Below, in pieces: positions 30,961-44,672 of a stretch of DNA of 64,000 nt (its first letter is position 1; each line of letters opens with the position of its first letter). A program made the position numbers and the translations under genes. The notes under the pieces are model-generated. The model searched no databases. It was not told where the DNA came from and saw only the letters and a list, made by a program, of their open reading frames with translations. The DNA is from the human T2T-CHM13v2.0 reference genome, Homo sapiens, in assembly GCF_009914755.1 (NCBI RefSeq), contig NC_060947.1. One strand, 5' to 3'.

Positions 30961-31933
30961 TTAGTGTGCCGTTTTCCCAGCAGGTGTAGAGAATAAGGAT
31001 GACTACCCAGCACACTTTTGCCCAAGACTATTAATAAAGTAATCGTGATAACATGTGGGGCACTTTAAGCTCTTTCAAAGAAAGATGCTATATATAGATT
31101 AGTATTCTTATTAACAAACCATTGGTTGTACCTTGAGAAAAGACTCTTTGAAAGTCAGAGCATAATATCCAGAAAGCATGTGACCTAGAAGGGTGAGATA
31201 CGGGGGGCAGTGATATGTATGAAAAGAATTCTTTAGAAATGGTTTTCCATGTTTTTCTTTCCATCTTTTGACCCTGCTCAGGCTTACTGCTTTTAGGGAA
31301 ACATGGCTCATTCAGGTTTTTGTTTTTGCACTTGCCGCTTTCCTTTCACATTCTGCATGAAGCTCTTTCGCATCAAAATATTTCTGTTATTCTGTGAACT
31401 GATTAGCAGTCATATAGTTGCGAAATTTTTGTTTTCGTGTGTGTGGTGGGAGATATTTGACCTTCTTATGTCAGTCAGAAAAGACACAGGTGAGGTAACT
31501 TGCTCTTGGTAACTCTAATTTCAGGAGAGAAGCAGCTGGGTTGCACAGCCTTTGCTGTGGAGACCAGCAGCCTTCTGAGGACTGCTGGTGTAGTACATTA
31601 GATTGCATGCAAAGGATGGAAGCAAGGTCTTCCAGACAGCAGCACCTTTGTGAGCAGGGCTCATCAGCATTTGCAGGTGTTTGTTACAGCCGCCTTTGGT
31701 TTTCATAGTCTTTGCTGCTTATTTCTTTTTGCCTAGCTTTGGTGAACCACATCAAGCCCTGCCGTGTGGCTTAAACACTACCATATCTACCCCATGTCCT
31801 CTCTTGCTCTACTCCAGTTGTGCTTACTTGTAAAAAGATTTTCATAAAAGTTAGTAGAGTGCGTTATGGAGGTATATATCTTTTATGATCATTTGAATGA
31901 CAGGTATAAATGATCCTATGAATGGAGAATTAA

Positions 31934-32245
<312 letters not shown>

Positions 32246-33029
32246 AACATAGGATGTTTTATTTTGTGCCTCAGAAATGTGGAAATTTTTATAAATTGCT
32301 TTGCAATTTTAAACGAGGCTTAAATTTAGTGGACCCTTACTTTCTGGGCTGATTATGGAATTAATAGATAAAAAGAAACAACTCATTTTCAGAGGGACAC
32401 TGAAATGAAGTACACACACACATGCTTTTAGCCTAGATGTGGCCTAATGACTAAAAGTTATGTCTTAGTTATCTGTTTCCTTTTTGGGCAGGACTGTTTT
32501 TTCTTGAATCAACAGTAAACTTGGCAAATTGACACACTAGTTATGCTTTTAAGTCTCCTTCCTTCCTGCCTCCTCTAAGACTTGGTCCTCTATTCTCGTT
32601 GATCTCTCTGTCTCCACCACCTTCTCCCTCTCAGCCTTGAAATGTGCTTGGTTCTTCTCCCTATTGCCTGTCCTCTGGAACTGACATTTCACCTGGTCTC
32701 CTGTAGCATTGTTGTCTATGGTCAGAAGCGTAGAATTCCCCGCTCGCATCCATTCACTCCATAACTCATTGCAATCAGTCGTCTAGCCCGCTCACTGGAG
32801 TGGAATGATTCTTCTGAAAATGACCGAAGACCCTACAAGTTAGAAAACTTGGTAGTCTGTTAGACCATATGCCTTTCAACTGCACCATCGTTTGACTGTC
32901 AACTATCCCACCCCTTCCTTGCAAAGTGGTGCTTTTAAAATATTGAGTAGATACAAGAGGATATTTATAAAATATGTATAAAATCTAAAGAATGCTGATT
33001 GATGGAACTTTCCTTTGTCTCTCCTGAGA

Positions 33030-33930
33030 TGTAAGCTGGGTAATTTCTTCAGTTTTATCTTCTACTTCGGCTGTGCCTGATCTGAGTTTTTGTTTGCTAA
33101 AATTTCCATTGTTATGTTTTTTTAATTATAAAAGTTCTATTTGATTGTTTTTCAGATCTGTTTGGCCATTATTTATAATCTCTTCTTCTGTGCTCAGATT
33201 TCTCATCCTCTTTTTGACTTCCGAAAGCACATTAAATGTAATTTATAATATGCATCTGATGATTACAATACCCGAAGTCTTTGTGGACTTTTCTACCACA
33301 GGTGTGTGTGTTTGCTGGCTCATGGCACTTTGTTTCTGATGTGGGTGTGTCTTGTGATTATTGCCTGCAAATTCCTCTTCCTTGGAAGTTTATCTGTGGG
33401 AATACTCTGAGCATATGACTGAAGGCAATTTTACCAAGAGAGGATTTGTGTTTCTTTCTGCCAGGCATCTTGAAGCATGACTGGTTTGGGACGCTTATGA
33501 ATTAAATTCTCAGGTTGGATGTTTTTGGGACCATCCAAGTTTTGTGAGTTTCGTCCACATACTACTTAAGGGCTGACTTGTGACTACAAATTTCTAGTGG
33601 GGGATGGTGGCAGGGATTTGTTTCCTCCCTTGCTTAGCACCAATAATCTAGACAGGAAGGTTCTCTTGAAGTCCCCAGGTGGTCCTTTCCCATGCATCCT
33701 TCCCCTGAGTGTAGCACTTGGGAGGTTTCCTCATTTTGGTTTGGCCAGGTCTTCAGGCCCTATCTCCTGTGCCCCAAGAGGCCATGAAAACCAGTTCTGG
33801 AAGTGGCCTGAAAGTGAAAGCCAGTGTGTTCCTCTTGCTGTCTGCATTCCTGTTTGCAGTTAGTTTTTGGCTTCTGAGTAAAAAAGTCTCTGTTATATCC
33901 AGCATTTTTAGGTGTTTTCAGCAGAAGTCC
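33030..33930 (-). mobile_element. Old L1M/HAL1-type internal fragment
   Basis: ggtaatttcttcagttttatcttc...aaaagttctatttgattgtttttcagatctg...ccaagagaggatttgtgtttctttctgccagg. Confidence 0.5.
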
Positions 33931-34371
33931 CATTATGGTATAAAGACCATCACATTTGCAGACACCTCTCCCTCTTTTTTTTGAAACCTAACTTTCCCCA
34001 TAGCTTCTGAGATCTAAGTCCTCTGCCTCTCACTTCTTTTCTGGCTCCTCTGCATCCTTCTACCATCTAGACATGGGTTTTCTACAAAAGTCTGTCCTTG
34101 CTCTGAATTATGCCCTGGGCAAACTCATGTCCACGAACAGTGCCTTTCTAAGCATGGCTTCCAAATATAAAGCATGGCTTTATATTTCCCTGTAGCTGTT
34201 ATAGAACTTCAAGCAACACCAAAAGATCTGTTTAAAATGACTCTCATATGCCCCAGAAACCCACTCCTCTGTGTTCCCAGTTACTCTTAATGATATCATT
34301 GTCCTCTTGTTCATTCAAATTTGAACATTCGAAATCAAGGCCATCAGAGGTTTTCATTTCTTCCTTTTCTT

Positions 34372-34618
34372 GTTTTCTTTTTTTTTTTTTGAGACAGGGT
34401 CTTGCTCTGTCACCCAGGGTGGAGTGCAGTGGTGTGATCACAGCTCACCGCAGCCCGCAGGTGCATGACTCTACACCTGGCTAATTTATTTTTCTTTTCT
34501 TTTAGATGGTGTCTCACTGTGTTGCCCAGGCTGACCTCAAACTCTTGACTTCAAGAAATCCTACTGCCTCTGCCCCCTAAAGTGCTGGGATTACAGGCAT
34601 GAGCCACCATACCTGGCC
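34372..34618 (-). mobile_element. Alu (AluJ-like) with an internal deletion in the right arm
   Basis: cagctcaccgcagcc joins almost directly to caggtgcatgac; the usual cctcagcctcc segment is missing. Confidence 0.9.
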
Positions 34619-35649
34619 CCTGTTTCGTAGCATGTACTAAATCCAGGGGATTCTGCCTCCCCAGCCTGACTTAATTCATATCTTCATCTCCTCTCTTCTA
34701 AACTGTTGGAACATTGTTAGGAGGTCTTTCTACCTCCATTCTGTCTCCTATCCCTTGCCCGCAAACTTCAACCAGTTCCTCCCTCTCTGTCAGTGTGAAG
34801 GCAGACCTCTGTCTCTTTCACAGTGTGGCCCACCTCTCTCCGTTGTTTGTTATCCGTCTTCACTCAGTGGAGTTGAGTGTAGACTGAGATGTTCGCCAGT
34901 GGCCATATATTCTCTGAGTTTGGCTGCCATTTGTGCCTTTTTGTTGTCGTCTTGTCCAGAGTTGTCTTATCCTTCCAGGGTAGTTCAGATACCAACAACG
35001 TCCCTCCAAGCCCCATCTGTCAAGAAGTTATCTGGGCATTCTCTGGGCCTCATAGTACTTTCTCTCTCCCACCTGTGGCACTTGCTGCTATCCTCTCTAT
35101 ATGCCCTCCTCATCTCTCTCCTTTGGATGACTTCCAACTCCTTAAAAACAGAGGCTGTGTCTTCCTTGCCTTTTTCTCCACTTCATACCTTGTTCATAGT
35201 AGAGCCTCAGTAAATGTTTATCGAGTGAATATACTAATGTAAACAGAGCGAATTAATCGGAATCAGTAGCAACCAAGACATCAATGAGAATATTCTGCTT
35301 TTTAGAAATAGCATTTATTCAATAAATATTTACTTTTTAATTTAAGTTGTAAATAGGTAATATATGTTCATGATTGACAATTCAGGAACTGTAAAAGGGT
35401 ATACAGGAAAAAATCTCCCTCCCGGCACACTTCAGCTACCTCATTGCCCTCCTCATAGACAACCCAGGTTTCAGTTTATTGTGTCTCCACCCAGTGATAG
35501 TTTAGGCCTATACACTTAACTGATTCACATGCCTTCCCCCTTAACCCTAATGGTAGAGAGCTATATACACTGTCATGTACCTATTTCCATCCACCAATAG
35601 ACATTGCCCAGTGAATGTGCTTCTCCACCCTATGATCTTCATTCCATGT

Positions 35650-36057
<408 letters not shown>

Positions 36058-36390
36058 CAACCCAGTATGTTTTCTGATCTTTTAATCTTTTTCAATCTAA
36101 TAGGTGAAAATGTAGCTTCCAGTTTTATTTTGCATTTATCTTGTATGAGTAAAATTGAATATCTTTAGGTTTGAGCTATTTGTATTTGCATTTCTCCATT
36201 CTCTGTATCTTCTACCTATTTTTTGTTTGGATGTTTGGTCTTTTTCTTGTTAGTTGTACGTACTTTTTGTGTAATAGCTATAGTGATGTTTAATATGAGT
36301 GACTAATATTTTTCCTGTATGTTTTTTGACTTTATGATGGATTTTGCTATGGAGACTTGTTTTCTATTTATTTGGTAGCATTTGAGAGTC

Positions 36391-36940
36391 TGTGTTGAGG
36401 GGCTCTAAAACCACCCCCACGTGTGGTGATTCGATAACAGGACTCACTGGACTCATATTGTACTCACAGGTATGGCTTATTACAGCACAAGGATACAAAA
36501 CAAAACCAGCAAAGAGAAAAGGCACATAGGTTGAAATTCGGGGGAAACCAGGCACAGGCTTCCAGAGTTCTTGTCCAGTGGAATCAAACAGGATGCACTT
36601 AATTCCTCCAGCAATGAGTTGTGCAGCACATATGAGATGTTGCCCACCTGGGAAGTTCATTGGAGACTTTGTGTCCACAGTGTTTATTGGGGCTGGCCAT
36701 GTAAGCACCCACTGCCTAGCACAAGCAAAATTCCAGGCTTCCAGAAGAAAAGCAGGAGTTCAGTGTAAACCACATTGTTTATACAAACAGTTTGGGCACA
36801 GTGAACCAATCTTACCAGTGAGGGAATGGTGAGAACTCTGCTGAAATCCAGATTACCAAGTGTCTGGCAAGGGCCAACCATGTATGCAGGCCTTTCTAAG
36901 GAGGGCAGCCTCAGGCCTGCCATGTTAATTCTTCTGCACA
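36391..36940 (-). mobile_element. MER21-family solo LTR
   Basis: Minus strand starts tgtgcagaagaattaacatggcaggcctgaggctgccctccttagaaaggcctgc...ggttggccc; TG...CA ends; about 550 bp. Confidence 0.8.
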
Positions 36941-37017
36941 CTTTTCTTTTATAGCTTCTGAGCTTTCTATCCCAATTAGGAAGATCTTCCCTACTCAGAC
37001 TTCTAAGGAATTATCTC

Positions 37018-37341
37018 AGCCAGGCGTGGTGAGTCACGCCTTGCAATCCCAGCACTTTGGGAAGTCGAGGCAGGCAGATCACCTGAGGTCAGGGATTCGA
37101 GACCAGCCTGGCCAACATGGTGAAACCCTGTCTCTACTAAAAATACAAAAATTAGCTGGGTGTGGTGGCACATGCCTATAATTCCAGCTACTCACGAGGC
37201 TGAGGCACGAGAATTGCTTGAACCTGGGAGGCAGAATTTGTAGTGAGCCGAGATTGCTCCACTGCACTCCAGCCGGGGCGACAGAATGAGTGAGACTCCA
37301 TCTCCAAAAAAAAAAAAAAAAAAAAAAAAACAAATAAAATA
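37018..37341 (+). mobile_element. Alu (AluS-like)
   Basis: Full dimer, long A tail; TSD aattatctca at 37009 and 37342. Confidence 0.94.
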
Positions 37342-37719
37342 AATTATCTCATATTCCTCTAGTAATTTGGTTTCTTCCTTAAGATTTAAGTATTTCATCT
37401 ATTTGGAATTTATTTGGAGTTAAAGTATAAGATATGAATCCAACTCTTTCTTCCCCTCTTGTTGCAATATCATTTGTTGACTAGTTTGCTGATTTGAAGT
37501 ACTGTCCTTATCTCACACTAAATTCCTCTGCATGTTTGATTTTATTTCTAAGAGGTTCTCGTTGCATTAATTATTCTATTCATGCACCAGGTGTGCTCTT
37601 TTAACTATTGAAGCTGTATAAGATGTTGCACTGTATGGTAGAACGAGCCTCCCCTTGTTCCTCTTCTTTTTCTTTTCCTTTCTATTGTTGCTTAAGCAAT
37701 TACAGAATGCTACATTATG

Positions 37720-38725
37720 GCTGTGCTCAGGGATCTAGAGCTGATACCCACTTCCTGTTCCCAAGGAGTGCTGTTTTCCTGGGTAATGCAAACAAACAGA
37801 TGCATATGATACAGTGGTGCACAGGATGTCACAGGAGCACAAAGGAGGGCTTCCTAGAGGATTCAGATTCTGCAAGATGAGTAGGAGCATTTGTCAGGCA
37901 GAAATTGACATGTCATACTGAAGGAACAGTCTGTGGGCATGCAAAGAGGCCGCACAGATGCAGGCTGAACTCACATGCAGTTTGGTGTCCGGGAGCACAG
38001 CGTGCATGTGGGGGTACCAACAGGAGATAGTGCTGGGGGCAGAGGAGGCTGGGTCAAAGATTGCAGAGCCTAACATTCCCCACTCAGAATGTCTGCTTTT
38101 TATCTGAAGGTGAAGGGAGCCATTTAATGGTTTTAAGCAGGAACGTGGCATGATTAAATTTCCATTTCAAAAAGATTGCTGGGCTGCAGTGTGTGCAGAG
38201 TAGGTGGAGGGGACGGGAGTGGAGGAGAGAGGAAGACCATTTCTGGGGATTTTTGCTAGTCACCCCAGTCCTTGATGATGAGGGCTTGAAGTGGGGCAAT
38301 GGACAGGGACTCCAGATGATGCTTTTGAGAAAGATTCAGATGGTAAAATCAGTAGAATTTGGTGGTTGACTGAATGTAGTTATGAGGGAGGATGGGATGA
38401 TAGGGAAGAATCCACCCTGGATAACCAGACCGATGGTGGGGCCAGTGGTTGAGATGGGGAACATAGGAGGGGAGTGAGGAAGAGGTGGCAAGTTCCATTT
38501 TGGTTATGTTGAGTTGAGAGTGTCTGTGAGACAGCCAGGCAGAGATACCTAGGAGACAGATGACCACATAGATCCAGAGCTCTGGCCTGGGGAGAGCTTT
38601 ATTTGGTACTCCTGGATCACATCCACATCACATCACTAGCATTTTCATAGATGTGGCCAAAATTGCCAGGAGAGAGAACTACAGTGAGAAGAGGGACAAT
38701 GTATGAACCCTCAGAAATCTCAGCC
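37720..38725 (-). mobile_element. L2 fragment
   Basis: gggagccatttaatggttttaagcaggaacgtggcatgatt...agttccattttggttatgttgagttgagagtgtctgtgagaca. Confidence 0.75.
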
Positions 38726-39367
38726 TTAAATGATTATGATAGTGGACAAGTTGTAAAGAATATTCTTTTTTCCAAAATAGTTTCAAATGACATTTCAAAT
38801 GTACATTTGTGGTCCTTTCGTGAACAAATAAATAGGTACGTTTATATATGAAGACAATGATGACACAGGAATATCAAGCCATTTCCCCCAGAGGTACTGA
38901 TTTAGTCAGTAGTAGAAATAGGATTAGGAGAACTGTTTATGCAAACAGAAGTATAATTGGTAATCTATGTGCTAGCTGCTTTTGACCTGTTATCTTTTGT
39001 CAGGTTTTTGGAATAACTGCGTCAAAACTGATATAAATGAACTTACTGTGTCAAGTCGTGTGAAATATACAGAAAGCATTATCTAGCATTAGGGCATTAG
39101 AATTATAAACTTTACCACATATCAGTACGTCCTATGGTTCTTTAAAATTTTAGGCTTTCCCCTCCAATTTTAATGAAAGCATTTTTTTCTTACATGATCA
39201 AGTCTTGTTTCTAAAGTTTAAAAGATGAAAATGAGGTAATTTTACATTACTGTACCCTTAAATGGTAGATGGAAGCTTTTTAAAAAGATGAGTGTCTTTA
39301 ATTTCAGAAATCAAATTCAAAAAAAAAAAAGCTAGCTTCAATTCCTGTTCAAACGTTGCAAAATTTA

Positions 39368-39713
<346 letters not shown>

Positions 39714-40389
39714 TTAAGTTTAGGTATTTGGAGACATAGGTCATTAAGAGTCATCTTCCTGAAAAATCACATTCATCAGTTGTGCCATTGGGTGCTGTTA
39801 ACATCATTTGAAAACACTTTTAAATGTTCATAGTTTATCAATTTATTCCCCTGATTATGAGCTGGAGAGAGCCTATGACAGTGACAGACAGCTGTCCGTC
39901 CTCAAAGGAAACTCAAGAATTAACATTTATAGATTCTGTTTAAATAAACAAAAAATCCAATCTAGATGTTTTAAGGAAATCAGTGCATCTTTATATAGGT
40001 GCCATTTAAAAATAATGGCTAATTAAGTGAAAGCTAAAATCTGTTGTCATTTCAGAGACTTTACCCCCACAAGTTACAATGATAAATGTAGCTAAATTAA
40101 AATGACAAGTTATATTCCCTATGTCAGAGCTGTTTTTATCCCTGGTGTGAAATCAGAGAGTTTCATCTCAAGTTTGTCCTTTAACATTTTTCAAATGTTA
40201 CATTGTGCTATTTTTAATCCGGAAACAATGCACATGATTGCTTTAAAAAAAAAAAGTCTCCATGTACAGTATCTCTTGACTAGTACGGATCTAGTGAATT
40301 GTGAATTGATGAAATGCCCAAATACTAATATAGAGCAAAATTAAGGAAGACATGACTTGCTCACTTGAGGAAGGTGAGGGTGGCCATTT

Positions 40390-40512
40390 GAGAGTATCTT
40401 CTGTCAGTTTCCTGATTTTGATATTGTGCTAAAAGTTATACAAGATGTTAACACCTGGAGAGGCTGGCTGAAGATTTACTTCTTGTGAATCTATAATTAT
40501 TTCAAAATAATC
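40390..40512 (+). mobile_element. L1MC/MD-type 3' end fragment
   Basis: tttcctgattttgatattgtgct...gttatacaagatgttaac...cttcttgtgaatctataattatttcaaaataa. Confidence 0.65.
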
Positions 40513-40526
40513 TAAAACAAACTAAA

Positions 40527-40754
40527 GTAGCTCCCCAACAGCTTGACCACACAGAATCCTTAGGCTACATTCCTGAGAGTTCTGGTACATCCCACATGGC
40601 CCTTCTAGGACCAAGGAGGTAGAAAGTCACCCCCTAGAGATTCTGATTCAGTAGGGGTGAGGCAGGGCACAGGGCATGGTTTAGCCTCTGGAAAAAGCAG
40701 CCCACTTCACCCCCAATTCTGAGGCAGAGCCGTAGATAAGGACCACACCCTAGA
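40527..40754. mobile_element. MER5-like hAT MITE
   Basis: cccctagagattctgattcagtagggg...aattctgaggcag...aggaccacaccctaga. Confidence 0.55.
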
Positions 40755-43049
40755 AGAAAGCCACGTAGGACTTGCTGAAGCATCTACTGAAAGGTGATGC
40801 TCAGCAAAACATCTTCTCTGTCCTAAGACTTTGCTCAATTGGGACTGAATCGTTCTTGAATTTTCCATAGTCGATGAAATCAGTACTTGGACGTGTTCAT
40901 TGAGTAAGCTTTATCATTACCCATTTAGCAAACAAGACGCGCTTGATGGTTATAGTGGAAAATACTTGAGAGCCAGCTCTCTCCATGTGATTTAGAGTTC
41001 CCAAATTAAGGGTCAAAATTGACCCAAGGTTATATTTAAGAATAATAGTTGAAAGTGTCAACACATTAATAAAGTGTTAAAGAATACATTGTCTGGAAGA
41101 GAAAGTAAATGACAGCTAAAAACCTCAAGACGTATAACCTATTCACTTCAGGTTTTAACAATTTTGAAATAGGAGCTTTAATTAGGCTTGTAACAAGTTA
41201 CCACTTGTAGGGGATTTTATGCTTTTTGATAATGAGGTACAGATGAATGTGTTTTGTTATTGCTTTATTTTTGTTTTTGTAATAATCCAACTTTATGTTA
41301 CTCTGAGAGCCTATATTCTCTTAATCTTTAAGAAAAAAAGAAAATATATCTGAAAAGTAGGTCCTCGTACTTTCAAGTTCAGAAAATGGTGGTATTGGCT
41401 CTTTCAGACTGCTCACTTCAATTGAGCCAAGTAGCTTATGGAAAACTTAGTTTTTAAATAAAAACACCACATAAACACTACCTAGTAATGCTTTTTGAAA
41501 AATGTTTTTCTGTGTTTGTAAGCTAATTTATTTGAATGGTGAAAATATTGGTTTAAGCACCCAGTCTTTTCTACCCTAAGCTCCAATTTAATATTAGATG
41601 TGTTGCTATGTGCTTCACGAGGAGAAATATTTGGCTGTTGTGCGATTCATAATTCTTCCTGAAATATCTGGGGTCCAAGCCTGGCTCTTAGCATCAAGAG
41701 TAAACTGGGAGTTGTTTTTGTCACCAATTCTAATAGACATGTTTCGGGTTAAAGGATACCAGTTAGTTGACTCATTCTGGATATTAGTCAGAATGTGAAG
41801 TATCATCATAGAAGTGATCTCATCAGAGAGTCCATCTGATGTGTGGTTACCATGGGGACATTGTCTCAGTCTCATACTAATGACAAAAAAAAATTGATGT
41901 TGCTTCTGTTCAGGTTCTTTTATAAAACATATTAAGGAAGTTAGGTAGATAATTTTTGTTTAGGCCATATAGCTTTGATTTTCTGATAACAATTTTATAA
42001 ACTTAGAAATTTTCATGTAAGATACAGGAATACTGGAAGCAAAAAAAAGAAGGTGCTTTAACCTTAGGGATTGAAAAAATAGTAATTTAGGTTGAAAATG
42101 CTGCTTGAAAGTTAATGCTGATAGCATTACTACACATGATGATTTTTTCTGGAAGGAAAGCTTTATCTGGGCCTTCAATTTAGGAATTTTTCTCTTTGGT
42201 TTTTAAAAGCTGCCATATTCACTTGAGCTTCATGGGAAAGATGCAAATAACTAAAACAAATGAACAAAAACCATGTTGAGGTCAGGAACTTATTTCAAGA
42301 AAGCAAGTTCTAGGTTTTCTTTTAAAGTGACAGTAGAGCCTTAGGCCTCAAACCATCTACAACCATGTTAACAGTACATCACTCAAATCATTCAACATTC
42401 CTGAATGTTTACCTGTGCCAAGTACTGACCAGCGCAGTATCAGATGTTCACAGTAATGATATATTGCCAAGAGAATGCTTAGGCATGTCCCATATATTCT
42501 GTTTATGGATAAAGGAGTGCACCAAACATTTTAGTGCTATTTTCGCCCAAAGTCCCTCTGTCTTTAATTTAAACTTAACAGAAATCACTTATTTTTCCCA
42601 GTGGTACTGAATAATTATGCATTGCTGTGGATTCAGTGTCAGGTTAAAGCCTCAGTGCATCGCTTAGCTAGGTCAGCATCATTACCAGTGTGTGCTTATC
42701 ATGCCAGCCATCCAGAATAAACAGCACTTGGGCCTAGCGCTGCCAGAGTTGAGACCTGCAGAGTGTGCTGCATGCCTGGGAAAGTTTGAGAAGACATTGT
42801 GGAGAGCATGTTCTTGGGCAGTTTTCACCTTAAACCTCTTGCCATTCACATGCAGAAAACTGTTGCTGCTGAAAGATGCTTTTCCAGAAATACACTGTGT
42901 TGTAGGGGAGGGAACACTGGTGTTCAAAGTGATTAGTCTGATGACAGAGGAAAATGGTTGGGGAGGGAGCTACATAGAGGAAAAGTGCCCAGACGCAGCG
43001 CCTCCAGAGAAGATGGTTGTACAGGGGCTGTGTGGGCCTTCATGTCTTC

Positions 43050-44070
43050 ATTCGGTCAGCGAGCCTGTGTTCTGCCTCCCTCTGACCAGGCGCCATTGTA
43101 GTTACTGGGGATAAAGGATGGGAATGAAGCAAGTGTGTACTTTCATGGAGCCCATGTCCTAGGGGAGGGGATAGTACATATGTACAGTGAACAAGTACAT
43201 ATGTAATATGTCAAATGGTCATAAGTGATAGGGAAAATCAGATGGGAATAGGGAGTGCTGTTGTGAGGGTAACATGTTTTTTTGTAGGGTGTCGGAGAAG
43301 GTCTTACTGATTAAGATTATTGGATCAGAGATGTGAGAGAAGACAAGAAGCCATGAGGTAAACGAATTCCAGGCAGATGGAATAGTAGCCGCAAAGGCCC
43401 TGAGAGTGGCATGTGCTTGGTGCCTTTAGGGAGTGGCACAGGAGGCAGGTGTGACTTACGTGGAGCGAGTGAGTCTGAGAGCAGAGATGTGGCGGGGGAG
43501 ATGGCCAGATGGCAGACAGCTGCATAAGCCATTGGAAGGACTTCCACCTTTACTCCTCGCAAAGTGGAAAGCTACGGGAGGATTTGGGGCAAGGAAAGGA
43601 CTTGATCTGACCTATGACACTGTCACTCTGACTTGAGAAGTACAAAGATGAAAGCAGGGGAGCAGTTAGGTTTTTATAATCAACCAAGTAAGAGATGATG
43701 GTGGCTTGGACCTGGGTGGTAGCCACGTGGTGACAAAGATGAATCCAAGGTTTTCAGCTCAATCAGCTGGAAGTCATGTACTGAAATGGGGAGACTGTGG
43801 GAAGAGCAGGACTGGGTAGGGGGAGCCAAGAGTGTTTGGCTTTGGTTGTGTTAACTTGAGAGTTCTTCAGATGCCTCTTAGGCAGTCTGGTGGGGTGGTA
43901 GAGTGGACACTTGGATAGCCAAGTCTGGAATTCAGAGGGGATGCTGGAGAATGATAGGTCCTTACTAGTCACTAGAGTATGGATGGTATTTGAAGCTATC
44001 AAATGTATCAACAGCACGTTGAGGGTGAGTATATATAGAGAAGAGGTGAGAGGTCTGAGTCCTGCCATTT
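43050..44070 (-). mobile_element. L2 fragment
   Basis: ttccaggcagatggaatagtagccgcaaaggccctgag...agagatgatggtggcttggacc...tagccaagtctggaattcagaggg. Confidence 0.8.
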
Positions 44071-44579
44071 CACAGAAACCAGGGCATTGATTCAGAATTC
44101 ACAGAGAACAGTTAGCTCAGAGTTTTCTTAATATCCTATCTTTTTAAAAAATAAACATGTCATTGTTCCCTTTTGAGACAGTTGCACCGTTTAACAATAA
44201 TTCCTGAATTTTATTTTTCTTCCTTTCCTTCTTTCTTTTTAGTGGCTTGTACCTGATCAATTGCTAATACTGTTTAAAATTGATAGGCACTTTTTGGTCT
44301 GGTAATCTGATTTTTTTGTGGAACATCATTAAAAGAACAATTGAGAGATTTATAGCCATAGAAAATTGAGGCTTCTATTACTCAAGATAGAAGTTAGCGT
44401 AAGTCTGATCTGAGTTTTCCACTGTTTTTTTTTGTTGTTGTTGTTATAAGCCTTGGTGTGGGTTGTAATTTCATGGTCGGCAAATCTGGTGAAATTTATT
44501 TTGCGAGAAATCAAAAGATGTACTATAATAGTAGACTGTTCCTTCACGCTGAACTTTATTTATTTTTTGCCTTTTCTAG

Positions 44580-44672
<93 letters not shown>

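Noticed and set aside
42692-43114. 140-aa ORF with a CAAC motif
   Set aside because: No family resemblance, non-ATG start, and the 3' end runs into an L2.
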